DNA from: Octopus sinensis
Taxonomy: Eukaryota
Direction of reading: 5' to 3'
NCBI RefSeq assembly: GCF_006345805.1
Contig: NC_043001.1
Coordinates: 101,432,001 to 101,496,000, forward strand
Length of the DNA stretch: 64,000 bases
Shown: positions 1 to 12,260 of the stretch, piece after piece
How the letters are laid out: every line of letters starts with the position of its first letter
Numbering within the stretch: position 1 is the stretch's first letter
Notes under the pieces: generated by a model
The model's database searches: none
Told to the model about the DNA's origin: nothing
What the model saw: only the letters and a program-made list of their open reading frames with translations
Position numbers and translations under genes: made by a program

Positions 1-577
1 TGTATCATACTTAATCTATACACACAGTCAATGGGCCAGTTACTGCAGTATTTGCTTTGAGGTAACACCTCTTATGGATTAGCTGTGTTAAAAATACAAT
101 AAATATCAGAAAGAGATATAAATTTGCCCCTTCTGTGGCCAGCAGGAGCACCAGGTGAATTTCTCCATTTTCGGACATTTTCAGTGCAGTGTGCTTGCAG
201 CCAGCCACATTTTCAAAGGAGAATTCTTCATTTCTGATACAGGAAAGAGTGAATAAGATATTCACTGGTGTTGCAAATAACTGCCTGGCCAATTTTAGGA
301 AAGTTATGAGGAAGCAAACTCATTGGTAACATCATCATCATCATCTTTTAGCGTCCATTTTCCATCCTTGCACACCTCTTATGCCCAGCTTTTCTCTCAG
401 GATGCTTACATTCTGTTGTGCATGTACATTAACAATGCCCATCCAACAAAGTATACTAGCTTCATTTCTTTCAAGCCTACACACATCCTCAGTGGGCACA
501 GCCCCTACTTAAGAGTGGTTAAGTGTGCGGGCTACTAACCCCAGGATTCCGAGTTCGATTCCAAGCAGTGAACTGAA

Positions 578-632
578 CAATAATAATAATAATAATAATA
601 ATGATAATAATAATAATAATAATAATAATAAA
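578..632 (+). repeat. (AAT)n microsatellite
   Basis: Direct reading. Confidence 0.95.
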
Positions 633-840
633 TCATACGTATTGAGAAGAGCATTGTCGATGTGAGAACTATTACTACCCATGTATTTTAATTTAACTTT
701 AAAAAAAAAAAATGAACGAACTAGTGAGTTTAGTTTAATGGCCTACCAATGTATACTATGAGTTTCTTTGCCCTATGAATCAGGAAGACACTCGGCAAGA
801 AATGGAAGCAAATTTGAAAGAAGCGAAAAAAAAAAAAAAA

Positions 841-914
<74 letters not shown>

Positions 915-933
915 TGATAATAATAATAATAAC

Positions 934-1021
<88 letters not shown>
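841..1021 (+). repeat. (AAT)n microsatellite
   Basis: Direct reading; source of the poly-N/I/L/Y ORFs at 773-1101. Confidence 0.95.
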
Positions 1022-1023
<2 letters not shown>

Positions 1024-1169
1024 TCAAAAAATACCTTAGGAATGAGAGCCCAGGTTCGAAATTTCCCCAAGACACCTGATGAAGGCTGGAGGGTATATTA
1101 ACTGAAATGTTGTGTTAACAACAAACAAGATGAGGACAAATACCCGTCAAATGTAAATAGTGTAAATAA

Positions 1170-1310
1170 TATACAACCCCTAATTGTACCCTAAATTCAT
1201 CACTATACTCATTGCTAACCTTTACCTTACTGACAGCATCCCTGTAAATGGCTTATACAGCTCTCACCAACCATTCATCTGTCCTTATTTTCTGTCTTGA
1301 CCACCAGATC
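1170..1310 (-). mobile_element. RTE LINE reverse-transcriptase fragment (decayed)
   Basis: Minus strand reads (frameshifted) DEWLVRAV..YRDAVSKVKVSNEYSDEFRVQLGV, the segment preceding the RTE GVxQG motif. Confidence 0.7.
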
Positions 1311-1329
1311 ACACAAATAAAAATACAAG

Positions 1330-1376
<47 letters not shown>

Positions 1377-1904
1377 ACATGTATGCATATATACTGTGGA
1401 ACCTTAGTTTATGAATTTAATTCATTCCTGAAGGCTGTTCTCCTGTGGGAAATTCAAGAGAAGGCACAATGAACTCAAGCAAGGATGTGCATTGAGAAAA
1501 GCTAAACACCAACTGCCACTCTTTCACTAATCCACCCAACCTTGTTCCCAACCTGTGAGTCCATTACTCAGGCCATTATTCATCAACCAACAGGTTTTAT
1601 GTTGGGAAAATTCTATGTAAACTGATTTGTTTGTGATGAGAGGGTTCCGTAAACCATATTTCCATAGTGTGTGTGTGTCAATTAAATGTAAGGATGAAAT
1701 CTATATACGGTTTTATTGAGTAGCCAGCATGTGAAACCAATTAAGGTAAAACGTTAATACCAAGTATATAATTTTAAAAAATACATTATTACATTAAGGG
1801 CTGTTGCTATAAGTAAGCACGTGTGTATATTTTGATAAAGTAGTTTGACTTTAGCATCTCTTTCCAGCATGTGGCTTTACTTATAGTAACATCCCTTAAT
1901 GTAA

Positions 1905-1983
1905 TAATTATATATATATATAGCTATATATATATATATATATATACACATATATACATATATAGACACATATACACACATAT

Positions 1984-2024
<41 letters not shown>

Positions 2025-2160
2025 TACATATACACACATATATAAACATATATACATATATCTATACATATATACACATATATACATATATATATATACA
2101 CACATACATATATATATATATATATACATGCACACACACACATATACATCCATTTATACA

Positions 2161-2190
<30 letters not shown>
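1905..2190. repeat. Compound (TA)n/(CA)n/(TG)n microsatellite
   Basis: Direct reading. Confidence 0.95.
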
Positions 2191-2193
<3 letters not shown>

Positions 2194-3403
2194 TAAACAT
2201 AGATATATCAATATAGATACATATGCAAATAATATCATTGGATGTACTGAATTAATATAGCTTCATAAGTTAAGCATTTCATTTGTTTATTCTTTTTAAA
2301 AGTGATCTATGTACAGATTTAAACTCCAAAATATTTAAGAATTCCATTATTAAAATATTGCGAAGTTAATCTACAGGAAGAATATTGCTTATTACATTAT
2401 CATATTAATAATTATATTGATTTAAATATCTTGAAAAGAATTCACACATATATATGCATATATATGTGGTGGTGGTGAGGATGGTGGTGGTGGTGGTGCT
2501 GGTGGTGCTGGTGGTGGTGGTGGTGAATCTTTTGCTGAAAGATGTTTAGGAAACATCACTATAAGTCACCCAAATCGACACCCCAGCAGCACCTGAGAAA
2601 CCCGAGCATACAGAGGTGAAACAAAATGCTGCCAAATATTTTCTTTGTTGCTCAAACAATTCTCCAAATCCACCAGAAAGAATCTTTCTGTCTTTCAGTC
2701 GATGAAATATCATTAAAAAATAAATTAATGAAATAGATAAAAGTATAAAGATATACTATATAAAAAAAAGTAAAAGAAAAAGCTAAATTAATTTCCTGAT
2801 TGTTTTAAAATTCGTGTCCAGCATCTCTATTATAATTAATTATATATAATATTCATTTATATATAGCACATAATTAATTATATATAATATTCAATATATC
2901 TTTATTAATGATCAAAGTTCTAAATGAGACTAGATACATATGGATAGAATAGAAAACTAATAATTTTTTTGAGGTTATTAATAGTAGCACAAATATTTAT
3001 TAATTAGGGATAGTAACTGAGAGAATCAGTAGAGTGCTGGACAAGATGCTTTGTGGTGTTTAAAATACATATTAAGATTCACCTGTCTTAAATTGGCCTT
3101 TCATCCTCCTGAGGCTGAAAATTAACTGAATGGATGTGTAGAGGTGAACTAATGAAGTGTGTTGAAGGTGAAAATCTGGAAACAAATGCCATTATTTGGG
3201 CAACAAAATTATTAGAAAACTGGAAAGAATGGCTTGCAGTGTTCATTTAGTCTTTTAATTTCCAAGTTCCTAAACTGCTGAGGTTGACTTTTATCATTTG
3301 AACCAAATTAAGATAAGTACCAATATTTCTAGCCTTGTGCTCAGCTAAGACATTTTTATTCTTGTTGTGCTTCCAGTTTTATATCCTGTAGAGTCAAGCT
3401 TAA

Positions 3404-3604
3404 CCCTTTCATTATTGTATTTCTGTTGAGATGCTCTGTGTTTCTTTCAATTAATTATAAATATAACAAAGAATTTAGTAAAATAACTTCGTTATCATTA
3501 AGCTAGTGTTAGGAGCATAAATTGTGACTAAGGTTTCCTGGAAGAATTTAATTCAAAACTTATGAAAACAAGAGCTGGTTTCAGCCAGGTTGGTAATGAA
3601 AGGG
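3404..3604. mobile_element. piggyBac-like MITE with TTAA target-site duplication
   Basis: TTAA|CCCTTTCATTA ... TAATGAAAGGG|TTAA: 11-bp terminal inverted repeats, TTAA at 3400-3403 and 3605-3608. Confidence 0.75.
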
Positions 3605-3689
3605 TTAAACTCTGAATATGTGTCACTATAGAGATGCTCACTACACTTGATTGGCAGAACTCTCTGACTGCAGCAGGGCAATCTTCTAC

Positions 3690-4590
3690 AGAAACACAAT
3701 GTCTATGTTATGCAAGTGGAAATGTTCGATCCTTTCCAGCTTAAAATATCCAAAGGCAATATGGTTGATAGTTTCTTCCTATCTTCTGTAGATCTTTCAT
3801 TGTGAACCTTTGTCTTCCGTCCTTGATGATGTGACACTGATAGAATCTGATTGCAACACTCTACTCTTCTACTATGGTTACCATGCTTTCTCTTCTTCTT
3901 TGCAACTGACATATCCAGTGAGTCCACATTTTGGAGCAGGTCTGCTTCTAATGTCCTTCTTTGTCCTTCCAAGTTTTCTGCAGTTGAAGCTGGTCATTAT
4001 GCATAGCCTTCTGCTTTGCTTGTTGGACATAATTTGTCATCAGCTTGGAGTTTGGAGAAGTGGGTTATTTGTTTTGTCAAGTAATCATCCATACAACTAG
4101 TAGTACTCTGGAGAGTTACTCTGAGTCAATACAGACTTAACTTCCTGAAGCTTTTGAAAGGTGCAGTCTATGGGCATCTGTTTTTATGAGGTGCACCTTG
4201 GTCAGAATCATTCTTGTCCCAGTGATGTGTCTCTTGGTGTTGTTCAGTTTCCAGTTAACGATGTTGGACCTGATGTTATAAAGAGTATTCTTAGATGTTA
4301 AGAATCTCAAAGCTATTACCCATTTTGAGCTTGCTCCAAAATAAGTACTCACCATTTGTACTCTTTCCAGATGTTTTCCTTCATGGCAGATTATTGCAAG
4401 CCACTTTTATTCTTCACTCCCAAAATGTGCCCTCTTGATCTAAATCCTTGATCATATCTCTTACCAAGAACTTGGTTTGTAATCTTGATTATTTTAACTT
4501 TCTTTAAGATGGTGCACATGTTAATTCTAAACTCTAGTTTGATATTGTCATTGAAAGATTGAAAGCAATGATGGAGAGAAGATCTTTCTG
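3690..4590 (-). mobile_element. R4/Dong-clade non-LTR retrotransposon, decayed RT C-terminus to zinc-knuckle region
   Basis: Minus-strand pieces FNDNIKLEF, KENIWKEY, IVNWKLN, AHRLHL and EETINHIAFG match the R4-type order FSDDIGMEFG / INW / DRLY / ETIDHIxSGC; many stops and frameshifts. Confidence 0.75.
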
Positions 4591-4968
4591 TTGAATGTTG
4601 CCTTTAGTATATGTATTAGCGTCGCCTTACTGGCACTTGTGCCCGTACTAGTAGGGCGTCAAGAGTACCATCCGAGTGTGATTGTTGCCAGCATCACCTT
4701 ACTGGCACCTGTGATGGTGGCATGTGTAAAAAGATTCGAGCGAGGTCATTGCCAGTACTGCCTGAGTGGCCCCCATACCAGTGGCACCTAAAAAGCACCC
4801 ACTACACTCTCGGAGTGGTTGGCGTTAGGAAGGGCATCCAGCTGTAGAAACACTGCCAGATCAAGGTTGGAGCCTGGTGCAGCCATCTGGTTCGCCAACC
4901 CTCAGTCAAATCGTCCAACCCATGCTAGCATGGAAAGCGGACGTTAAATGCTGATGATGATGATGATG
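4591..4968 (+). mobile_element. RTE LINE 3' UTR copy (5'-truncated) with (GAT)n tail
   Basis: GGAGTGGTTGGCGTTAGGAAGGGCATCCAGCTGTAGAAAC ... GCATGGAAAGCGGACGTTAAA + (GAT)n; the same tail follows an RTE ORF end at 16935-17565. Confidence 0.85.
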
Positions 4969-5119
4969 TTATTATTAAAGAACAGCTGGTTCCATTTGTC
5001 ATTTTGTGTAAAGGTAGATGAGTAATTAGTGGTGCAGGTGAAAAACAGAAGGGAGCAAGTACAGGATTCAGAGCATTTATTTGGATTCTTGAAGGGTCAC
5101 AATAGGCAGACACCACTCA

Positions 5120-5930
5120 TGCTTATATCTTATTGATCTTGAAGACAGCAGCATGTTCTTCATGATGTTCATGCCCAACCATTTCCAGTTCTTTATATAT
5201 TTGTGTTAGTCTTGTAATTGTTGAATCCATGTAACATTTTTCTTTTCTTCTTCCCCAAATCTTACACCTCAATTCCTTGACTTCCTCAAAAGTGTTTGGC
5301 TGGTTCATTGACAGTTATTTTCTTGCTTAATTCACAACAGAATTTCTTTGTATCTTTTTAGACAATCTCGTTTATGCCTGAAGATATTATTTCTCTTTGA
5401 GAAATTCCTATTCTCTATACTTTTGCTTCAATCTTGTTACCTTAATGTCTCTTTCTGTCTGATATTGAATTTTTATTCCATTTTTTTCCTTTCCCTCTTT
5501 TTGATGTTGCTCTCTTCTTCGATTTCCTTTACCAATGATTGTTGTTCTCACCCTCACCAAGAATCTCCTCCGTTGTTTCCTTCCAATCTGCTTGTTTTCT
5601 TTTCCGTTGTTGACTTGGTATTTCTCCCATACTTATGAGCGCTGAAATGGTTACATACAGAAGCCAATTTATTTCTGTTAAGTTCAAAACTCTTTCATTT
5701 CATTCTTGATGATTTGAACAGATTCTTTAGCCAGTATAACGACACCTTTAGAACGGTGGTCTTTCTTCATCTTTGATATTACCGATCTTTCTTTGATAGC
5801 CATTCTTTTTAGGATTTTCATTCTGTTTCTGGGTATAAGTTGTCCTCTCTGCTGTTTTCTCATTGCTGCCATCTTCATTGCCTTCCTCTTCTTAGTTGTG
5901 TACTTCTGGACAATCAGAGATGATGGTACC
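5120..5930 (-). mobile_element. R4/Dong-clade element, upstream (pre-RT) part of the same decayed copy
   Basis: Minus strand NFSKRNNIFRHKRDCLKDTKKFCCELSKKITVNEP followed by FEEVKELRCKIW, resembling the R4 pre-RT region. Confidence 0.65.
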
Positions 5931-6301
5931 TATATTTTATCACTAGAGATGGTGCTACCTCTATTCTATCCCTTTCTGGACCTCACTCTTTTTATAGTTG
6001 TTGTTGGTGGTGGTGGCAGCAGCAGCTGTAGTGGCAGTGGTGGTGGTGGTGGTGGTGATGGTAGTGGCACCATTATCATCATTATTGTTATTTCTAAATG
6101 AGTGATTGATGAAAGAACTAGTAGAACACTTCATTAAATGCCTTGTAATTTTCACTTATATTCCTTGATGTTCTGAGTTAGTTCAAATCCTGCAAAAATT
6201 CACATTACCTTTCTGCCTTCTGGGATTAACATTACTAGGTGCTGAAACTCTAAACTTGCAACAAATATATATAAAAAAAAGAACATAATTTTCTACAGAA
6301 G

Positions 6302-6608
6302 CATCATCCTCATCATCATCATCATCATCATAATCTTTGTTTAACGTCTGCTTTCCATGCTAGCATGGGTTGGACAGTTTGACTGGGGACTGGAGAGCCA
6401 GAAGGCTGCATTAGGTTCCAATCTGATATGGCAAGGTTTCTACAGCTGGATGCTCTTCCTAATGCCAACCACTCCAAGAGTGAGTGGATGCTTTTTACAT
6501 GTCACTGGCATGGGAGCCAGTCAGGGGGTTACTGGCATCAACCACGTTTGGATGGCGCTTTTTACATGCCATCAGCACAGGAGCCAGTCAGGGAGTACTG
6601 GCCACACC
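6302..6608 (-). mobile_element. RTE LINE 3' UTR copy
   Basis: (CAT)n then TTTAACGTCTGCTTTCCATGC...CAGCTGGATGCTCTTCCTAATGCCAACCACTCC. Confidence 0.8.
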
Positions 6609-6685
6609 TACGATACAGTTATATTTATCAATGGCATCAACAATACATACATGCACACATATACACTCATGCACACAAGCATACA

Positions 6686-6742
<57 letters not shown>

Positions 6743-6743
<1 letters not shown>

Positions 6744-6900
6744 AGTGGCTGTGTGGTAAGGTGCTTGGTTCCCAACCACATGGTTTCCTGGTTCAGTCCG
6801 CTTCATGGGACCTTGAGTAAGTGTCTTCTACTGTACCTTTGAGCCAACCAAAGCCTTGTGAGTGGATTTGGTAGATGGAAACTGAAAGAAGCCTGTTGTA
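6743..6900 (+). mobile_element. tRNA-derived SINE, family ending GGAAACTGAAAGAAGCC (CORE-like centre)
   Basis: GAGTGGCTGTGTGGTAAG...GGTTCAGTCC...CCTTGAGTAAGTGTCTTCTAC; repeated at 13295, 31745, 33500, 35620, 62695. Confidence 0.8.
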
Positions 6901-6915
6901 AATATATATATACAT

Positions 6916-6973
6916 ATAGAGAGAGAGAGAGTGAGAGAGAGAGTGAGAGAGAGAGAGAGTGAGAGAGAGTGTG

Positions 6974-7021
<48 letters not shown>

Positions 7022-7035
7022 ACAGACAGACAGAT
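6916..7035 (+). repeat. (AG)n microsatellite
   Basis: Direct reading. Confidence 0.9.
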
Positions 7036-7579
7036 TCAGTTGAATTAGGTACTTAAGTTGAAGCACCAAAATTTACTCAGTGTTTAACTTTCTACATTGG
7101 CTGGAACATAATGTCTCTTCTGGGAAGTGATCGATATTATTCCAGAATTACATGAATAAGCAACAAATGTAGATGGCATAAATATGACACAGCTCTAACA
7201 GTGCTTGGGAAACTAATGTGGGGCCATGTGAACTGGTTTCATCATGAGGATATTAATCTTGTATTATTGTTAAAGCAATACAACGAAACCCAGAAGGAAT
7301 GTCTTGATGCATTTCTAAGACCCATTCAGGCCCTGATGAATTCAGTCGACTGTACAAGATCAAGTTAGAATTGTGTGGAATGAAAGTCCACATCATTGCT
7401 GATTTCAGAGATGTTCCTGGTCTCTGTAGAAGACTATGGGTATTCCAAACTGCAGGTATCAGAAATGGTGGGTAACCCAAACTGTGGGTATCCCAAATGG
7501 TGGGTATCAATAGACAAGACTGATCCACTGTTGAGTCTATGACTCATGCTTATTCATAAGGAGAGTCAATGTTGATATC

Positions 7580-7799
7580 ATTCTTTTCTACTGTTGGCAC
7601 AAAGCCCGAAACTTTAAGGGAGGGGGCCAGTGTGGATTAGATCGACCTCAGTACACAACTGGTACTTAATTTATTGACCCCCGAAAGAATGAAAAGCAAA
7701 GTTGACCTCAGCGGAATTTGAACTCAGAACGTAAAGACAGACAAAACACCACTAAGCATTTCACCCTGCATGCTAACATTTCTGCGAGCTCGCTGCCTT
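7580..7799 (-). mobile_element. tRNA-derived SINE, family with TTCATCCTTTCGGGGTCGATAAATTAAGTACCAG centre (Nin-domain-like)
   Basis: Reverse complement of GGCAGCGAGCT...TTCTGAGTTCAAATTCCGC...AAGTACCAG; domain name from recall. Confidence 0.75.
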
Positions 7800-8344
7800 A
7801 ATGCTGAGACTATTAGAAAGCTTATGACGATGTTACATTGGCTGATTCTACATTCTCAAGAGTTTCTTCCCTCTGTAATGTGAGTTTAAGTACTCCAATA
7901 GTTGCAATGCAACTCGTTTTTCTCTGGTCCATACAATAACTACCAGTCATATACTGAGGTTTATTCCCATCATTATGACCTTTCCCTAAAAAATATTTGA
8001 CCTTGTTGCTGATTTAAGAAATCAATACCCATTAATTAGTTTGACTTGGTATTAATTATACTCTTGTTTTGTGGAAAAAAATGGAATCAGAGTAAAAAAA
8101 AAAACCTGATTAAATTGTAAACAGTTTTATATACGATGATAGGAAATGATTCATTCAGTTTATGTCTTTTTTTTTTTGTTTTCTCAAAGTATTGATGTTA
8201 TGAATGATACAGCAATAAATAAATATTATCCCAAACCTCTAAAGTAAACAACTGAAGGAAAAGGAGAAAGAAGAGGAGGCAGAGGAGGAGGAGGAGTGAA
8301 GAAGTATGTCTTTATCGAAGTGTGTGGAGGAAAATATGTAAATA

Positions 8345-8560
8345 TATCTTCTATCATTTACTTGTTTCCGTCATTAGACTACGGCCATGCTGGAGCACTG
8401 CCTTGAAGAATGTTTTGTTGAATGAATCGAGTCGCAGTACTAATTTTATTTTTTTAAACTTGGTATGTATTCCATCGGTCTTTTTTATCAAATTGTTTAC
8501 TTACATGTAAACATCCTCTATCACTTGTCAAGGAGTGGTGCGGGACAAACGCATACACAC
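8345..8560 (-). mobile_element. SINE 3' half (GCTCCAGCATGGCCG...GAAACAAGTAAA tail)
   Basis: Matches tails at 36180-36260, 54600-54700 and 62460-62650. Confidence 0.65.
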
Positions 8561-8571
8561 ATATATAATAT

Positions 8572-8908
8572 ATTGCGGTAGATGCACAGGGGCAATAGAC
8601 ACCACAGATACTCAGAAAACAGATTCCATCACACCCCAGGGGGAGAAACTAGAAGTAGTTGATGGCTGACCAAGTTAGTAGTAGAGGTGGATGATCAGAG
8701 AGTGTCACCACTAGAATATGAATAGCCTGGGCAAAGTTTAGAAAGCTTTTACCCCTACTGGGTCTCTTGCTCAGGGTGAAAGGTAGATTGTACGATGCAT
8801 GTGTGCAAACTGCCATGCTTCACAGTAGTGAAACATGGGCTGTGACTGCAGAGAACATGCGTAGGCTTGAAAGAAATGAAGCTAGCATGATTCGCTGGAT
8901 GTGTAATT
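8572..8908 (+). mobile_element. RTE LINE RT/thumb fragment
   Basis: CGRCTGAIDTTDTQKTDSIT..EKLEVVD ... AWAKFRKLLPLL ... RVKGRLYDACVQTAMLHSSETWAVTAENMRRLERNEASMIRWMCN, with indels. Confidence 0.9.
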
Positions 8909-9107
8909 GTTCTTTAAAATTATAAAATGGTGACAATTTACCCATCACACCCTGTGTGTGTGTGTATGAGTGCAAGTGTGTGTGTAAGCATGTGTGTGTG
9001 TGTATTTGACTATAACATCATTTATATCAACATTAGAAGGATGCATGATTGATGTTCAAAGGGATTTGAACTTGGAATGTCAAGTGTTGGAGCAAATATC
9101 AGCTCTG

Positions 9108-9261
9108 CTGAGTGGTTGGTGTTGGGAAGGACATCCAGCTGTAAAATTTCTGCCAAAACAATCACAGAAGCCTGGTGTAGGTTTCAGCCTGGGCGGCTCT
9201 TGTGGTATTGTCCCACCCATGCTAGCATGGAATGCAGACATTAAGCGATGATGATGATGAT
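9108..9261 (+). mobile_element. RTE LINE 3' UTR copy
   Basis: GAAGGACATCCAGCTGTAAAA ... GCATGGAATGCAGACATTAAGC(GAT)n. Confidence 0.75.
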
Positions 9262-10194
9262 ATTTGTTCCAACACTTAGTCTGAGACTCTAAAGAGTTCA
9301 TGACTTTAGCACTGGCACTGTTTATGGAAGAGAGTAGCATCACTGGTGTGATCCCTATTTATCCAACAATCAGTTGTTCCATTGTTGTTTATGTTTTGGG
9401 TTATAAACCCAAGGCCCTTCACAAAGTAGAAACCCTTACTCTCTCAACCTGTTATTTAATCTTGGGCCAAACAAGATTAAGTAAAACCTTTAAACAAGAG
9501 CATTCCAACTTTGATCACAGAATTGTTTAGGGATACCTAAGAATTATGCATTCTTTTGTCTTTGTAAGTTTGTTATTTGATTCCTTTAATCAATTTAGCC
9601 CAAAATTGCAGATTCTGGTGAAATTACATTCATTCTAATATTCTGCAAAACATTTCGATTTTCTCAGTATTTGATAAAAGTTTTTATAAATGAACAATTC
9701 TGTAGCTCCATTAAAACTTACCTTCTAACATATTTTCGATTACTGAAATAGTTGAATCTTCTTAGTAACTAAAAGCTAAATACTTAAAGTTCATTAAAAT
9801 CTATTCTATGGTTATTGAAATTGTACTCTTTGTCATTTTTCCTATAACCATTCCTCATCTATGCTACAGACCTTATAGAGCTGTACTCAAACATTTTATC
9901 AAGTTCACACCAGTAGTTGTATCTTATGGAATACCAATATTTCGCCTCTCAAACTTGTGACATATTGGGCAGCCTCATGACTTGTGATAGACACACCAAG
10001 AACTCTAAAGCTGCTTTAAGGCCATTGAATCTGTGATCATTCATCAAACATAACCAAAAGGTTTTGCATTATTGACTCAATGTGTCCTGTTATGGTTTTA
10101 ATAATCTCTCAACGTAATATGAATTACAATAATTTGAAAATAGATTTAACATGCTAAGTAATGTTACTCTACAATGAAAATATGAAGAATTCTC

Positions 10195-10490
10195 ATCATT
10201 CATCATCATCATCGTCATCATCATCATCATCATTTAACATCCGTTTTCAATGCTGGCATGGGTTGGATGGTTGGACAGGAACTGGCAAGCCAGAAGGCTG
10301 CACCAGGCTCCAAATTTCTGTTGTGGCATGGTTTCTGTGGCTGGATGCCCTTCCTAACAGCAACCACTTTACAGAGTGTATTGGCTTTTTTTGAAATTAA
10401 TACCAATACCAAAGCTTTATATGCAGCACCAGTATGGATACTACCTAAGTGGCACCAACACAGGTGCTTTTTCCATGGTGCCAGTGTGGC
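10195..10490 (-). mobile_element. RTE LINE 3' UTR copy
   Basis: (CAT)n TTTAACATCCGTTTTCAATGC ... GCTGGATGCCCTTCCTAAC. Confidence 0.8.
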
Positions 10491-12023
10491 TATAGTAATT
10501 CCTTAACATAATATGAATTACAATAACTTTAAAATAGGCTTAGCATGGCAAATAATGTACAATAGAAATATGGAGAACCAGCTGTAAAATTTGATCTTAG
10601 AATCTTTAAATTCTTCAAGCTTTCTTGAATTCCCTCCCAAAATCCATTTAGCTTGCTCAGCACTGTAGCTGAGCCAAAATCCTATTTCATTTTCACAGTT
10701 TCTGATTGAGTCTTGATAAGATGCAATGTTGCATGGCTTCTAGCTGAAAGCTAACAACTTGAATATTTTAGCTCATGATTATATATTTGAATGGCCATCA
10801 CTTCAAATATTGGATAGATAAGGAAAAATGAATAGCAATTGAAACTGCTTATTCTTGACTGGAGATTTTAGCAACACAACATAACAACATCAACTAAAAT
10901 CTCATACATTTTGTTGAATATTCAGAGTTTAATAGCCTACAGGAAGAAAGCCTCATACAATTCCATATGAATATCAACCTGTGAATTACATTTGAAATCG
11001 TTGCAGATTTGTTAAATCTACTCTAAAAATATTTCAATTTTCAATTTCTCTAGTTTATTTACTCAATTTTATTTCAAATACGATTTTATTTGTTTGCATG
11101 TTGCTTGTTTGTTTGTTTGTTTTGTTTTCATTTTTCTAATATTTATATTTTAAAATACTTTTGATGAAGATTGGTTGCAGAAATGGCAAAACAGTTATGA
11201 AGCAAATATATATATTTAAATATATCTGAAGAGACTTTCAGTTATTTCATGTGGTTCTAAAGTTGGTCTGGCTCCTCAATATAATATCTTATTGGAAGAG
11301 ACATTCCTTATTCCATTTAATGCTGATTTCAAAATAGCTTCAGGCTTCTCCTTATTTCTTGAAGGAAGAATGGAAGTCGATTGATAATTGTGTTTCATCA
11401 GATGGGTGAAATCCATCAGGTATATTTATATATCATAATTTACCTTTAGTAACAGAAATAATAACATAGCAAAGCTGAGAGTAGAAGGTGTTTGCACTAG
11501 TATGGTATCCTAAAATAGTCAGGGAAAATTCTGAATTTTGTAAGGCCAGTACAATACAATAGCTATTTCCTTATATAGATGCAGGTGCATGCATGTATAC
11601 ACAATCAAGTGTTGTATATGCAATACATTTAACTAAATACATTAAAGCTTACAATAATATTTTATATTCCATATTTACATCTGTAGATGCAGAGTAAAAG
11701 TATTCAGTTTCATATTGGCGAGAATGGATGAACAGAGCACTCTGCATCAGTAACAGACATATCAGCTGAGGACCAATATTTCAAATGGTTCAGTTCTTAC
11801 GCTTGTTTCACTAATACAGTATCATCTCATCTTTGTGCATCATTTACATTATGTCATGGGAGTTTGAAACATAAGGATATATCAGGAATAAAATATTTCA
11901 TTATTTTTCAAAGTCTCAGACAAAATAATGCAACTGTTACACATAAGTGCAATAAAATTTTATGGAAACATGCAGAAAATAAACAATCCAAAACATCAGT
12001 GATACTGATTTCCTCTTGTTTTT

Positions 12024-12024
<1 letters not shown>

Positions 12025-12054
<30 letters not shown>

Positions 12055-12066
12055 TTACGCCTGTGT

Positions 12067-12144
<78 letters not shown>

Positions 12145-12154
12145 CCGTCTGTGT

Positions 12155-12200
<46 letters not shown>

Positions 12201-12206
12201 TATATA

Positions 12207-12238
<32 letters not shown>

Positions 12239-12260
12239 CACACACATGTATGTGTGTGTG
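12025..12260. repeat. (TA)n/(TG)n compound microsatellite
   Basis: Direct reading. Confidence 0.95.

Larger units (their letters stand above)
500..1170 (+). mobile_element. tRNA-derived SINE: Pol III head (~500-575), (AAT)n arrays, unrelated ~630-840 insert, 3' tail with decayed hammerhead-like motif
   Basis: A-box-like AGAGTGGTTAAG and B box GTTCGATTCC (553-562), then (AAT)n; tail AATACCTTAGGAATGAG...GACAC-CTGATGA...GAAA...GTGTT. Head-tail linkage is from recall of a cephalopod SINE family. Confidence 0.65.

Noticed and set aside
11-292. 93-aa minus-strand ORF (and a plus-strand CPFCG peptide)
   Set aside because: No recognisable domain or splice context; probably decayed or chance sequence.
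500-575. Possible tRNA gene
   Set aside because: A/B boxes are present but the anticodon and acceptor stems do not pair fully; it is a SINE head.
773-1101. Poly-N/I/L/Y ORFs
   Set aside because: Translations of (AAT)n.
7080-7560. Possible decayed LINE endonuclease
   Set aside because: Only vague motif resemblance; cannot be supported.
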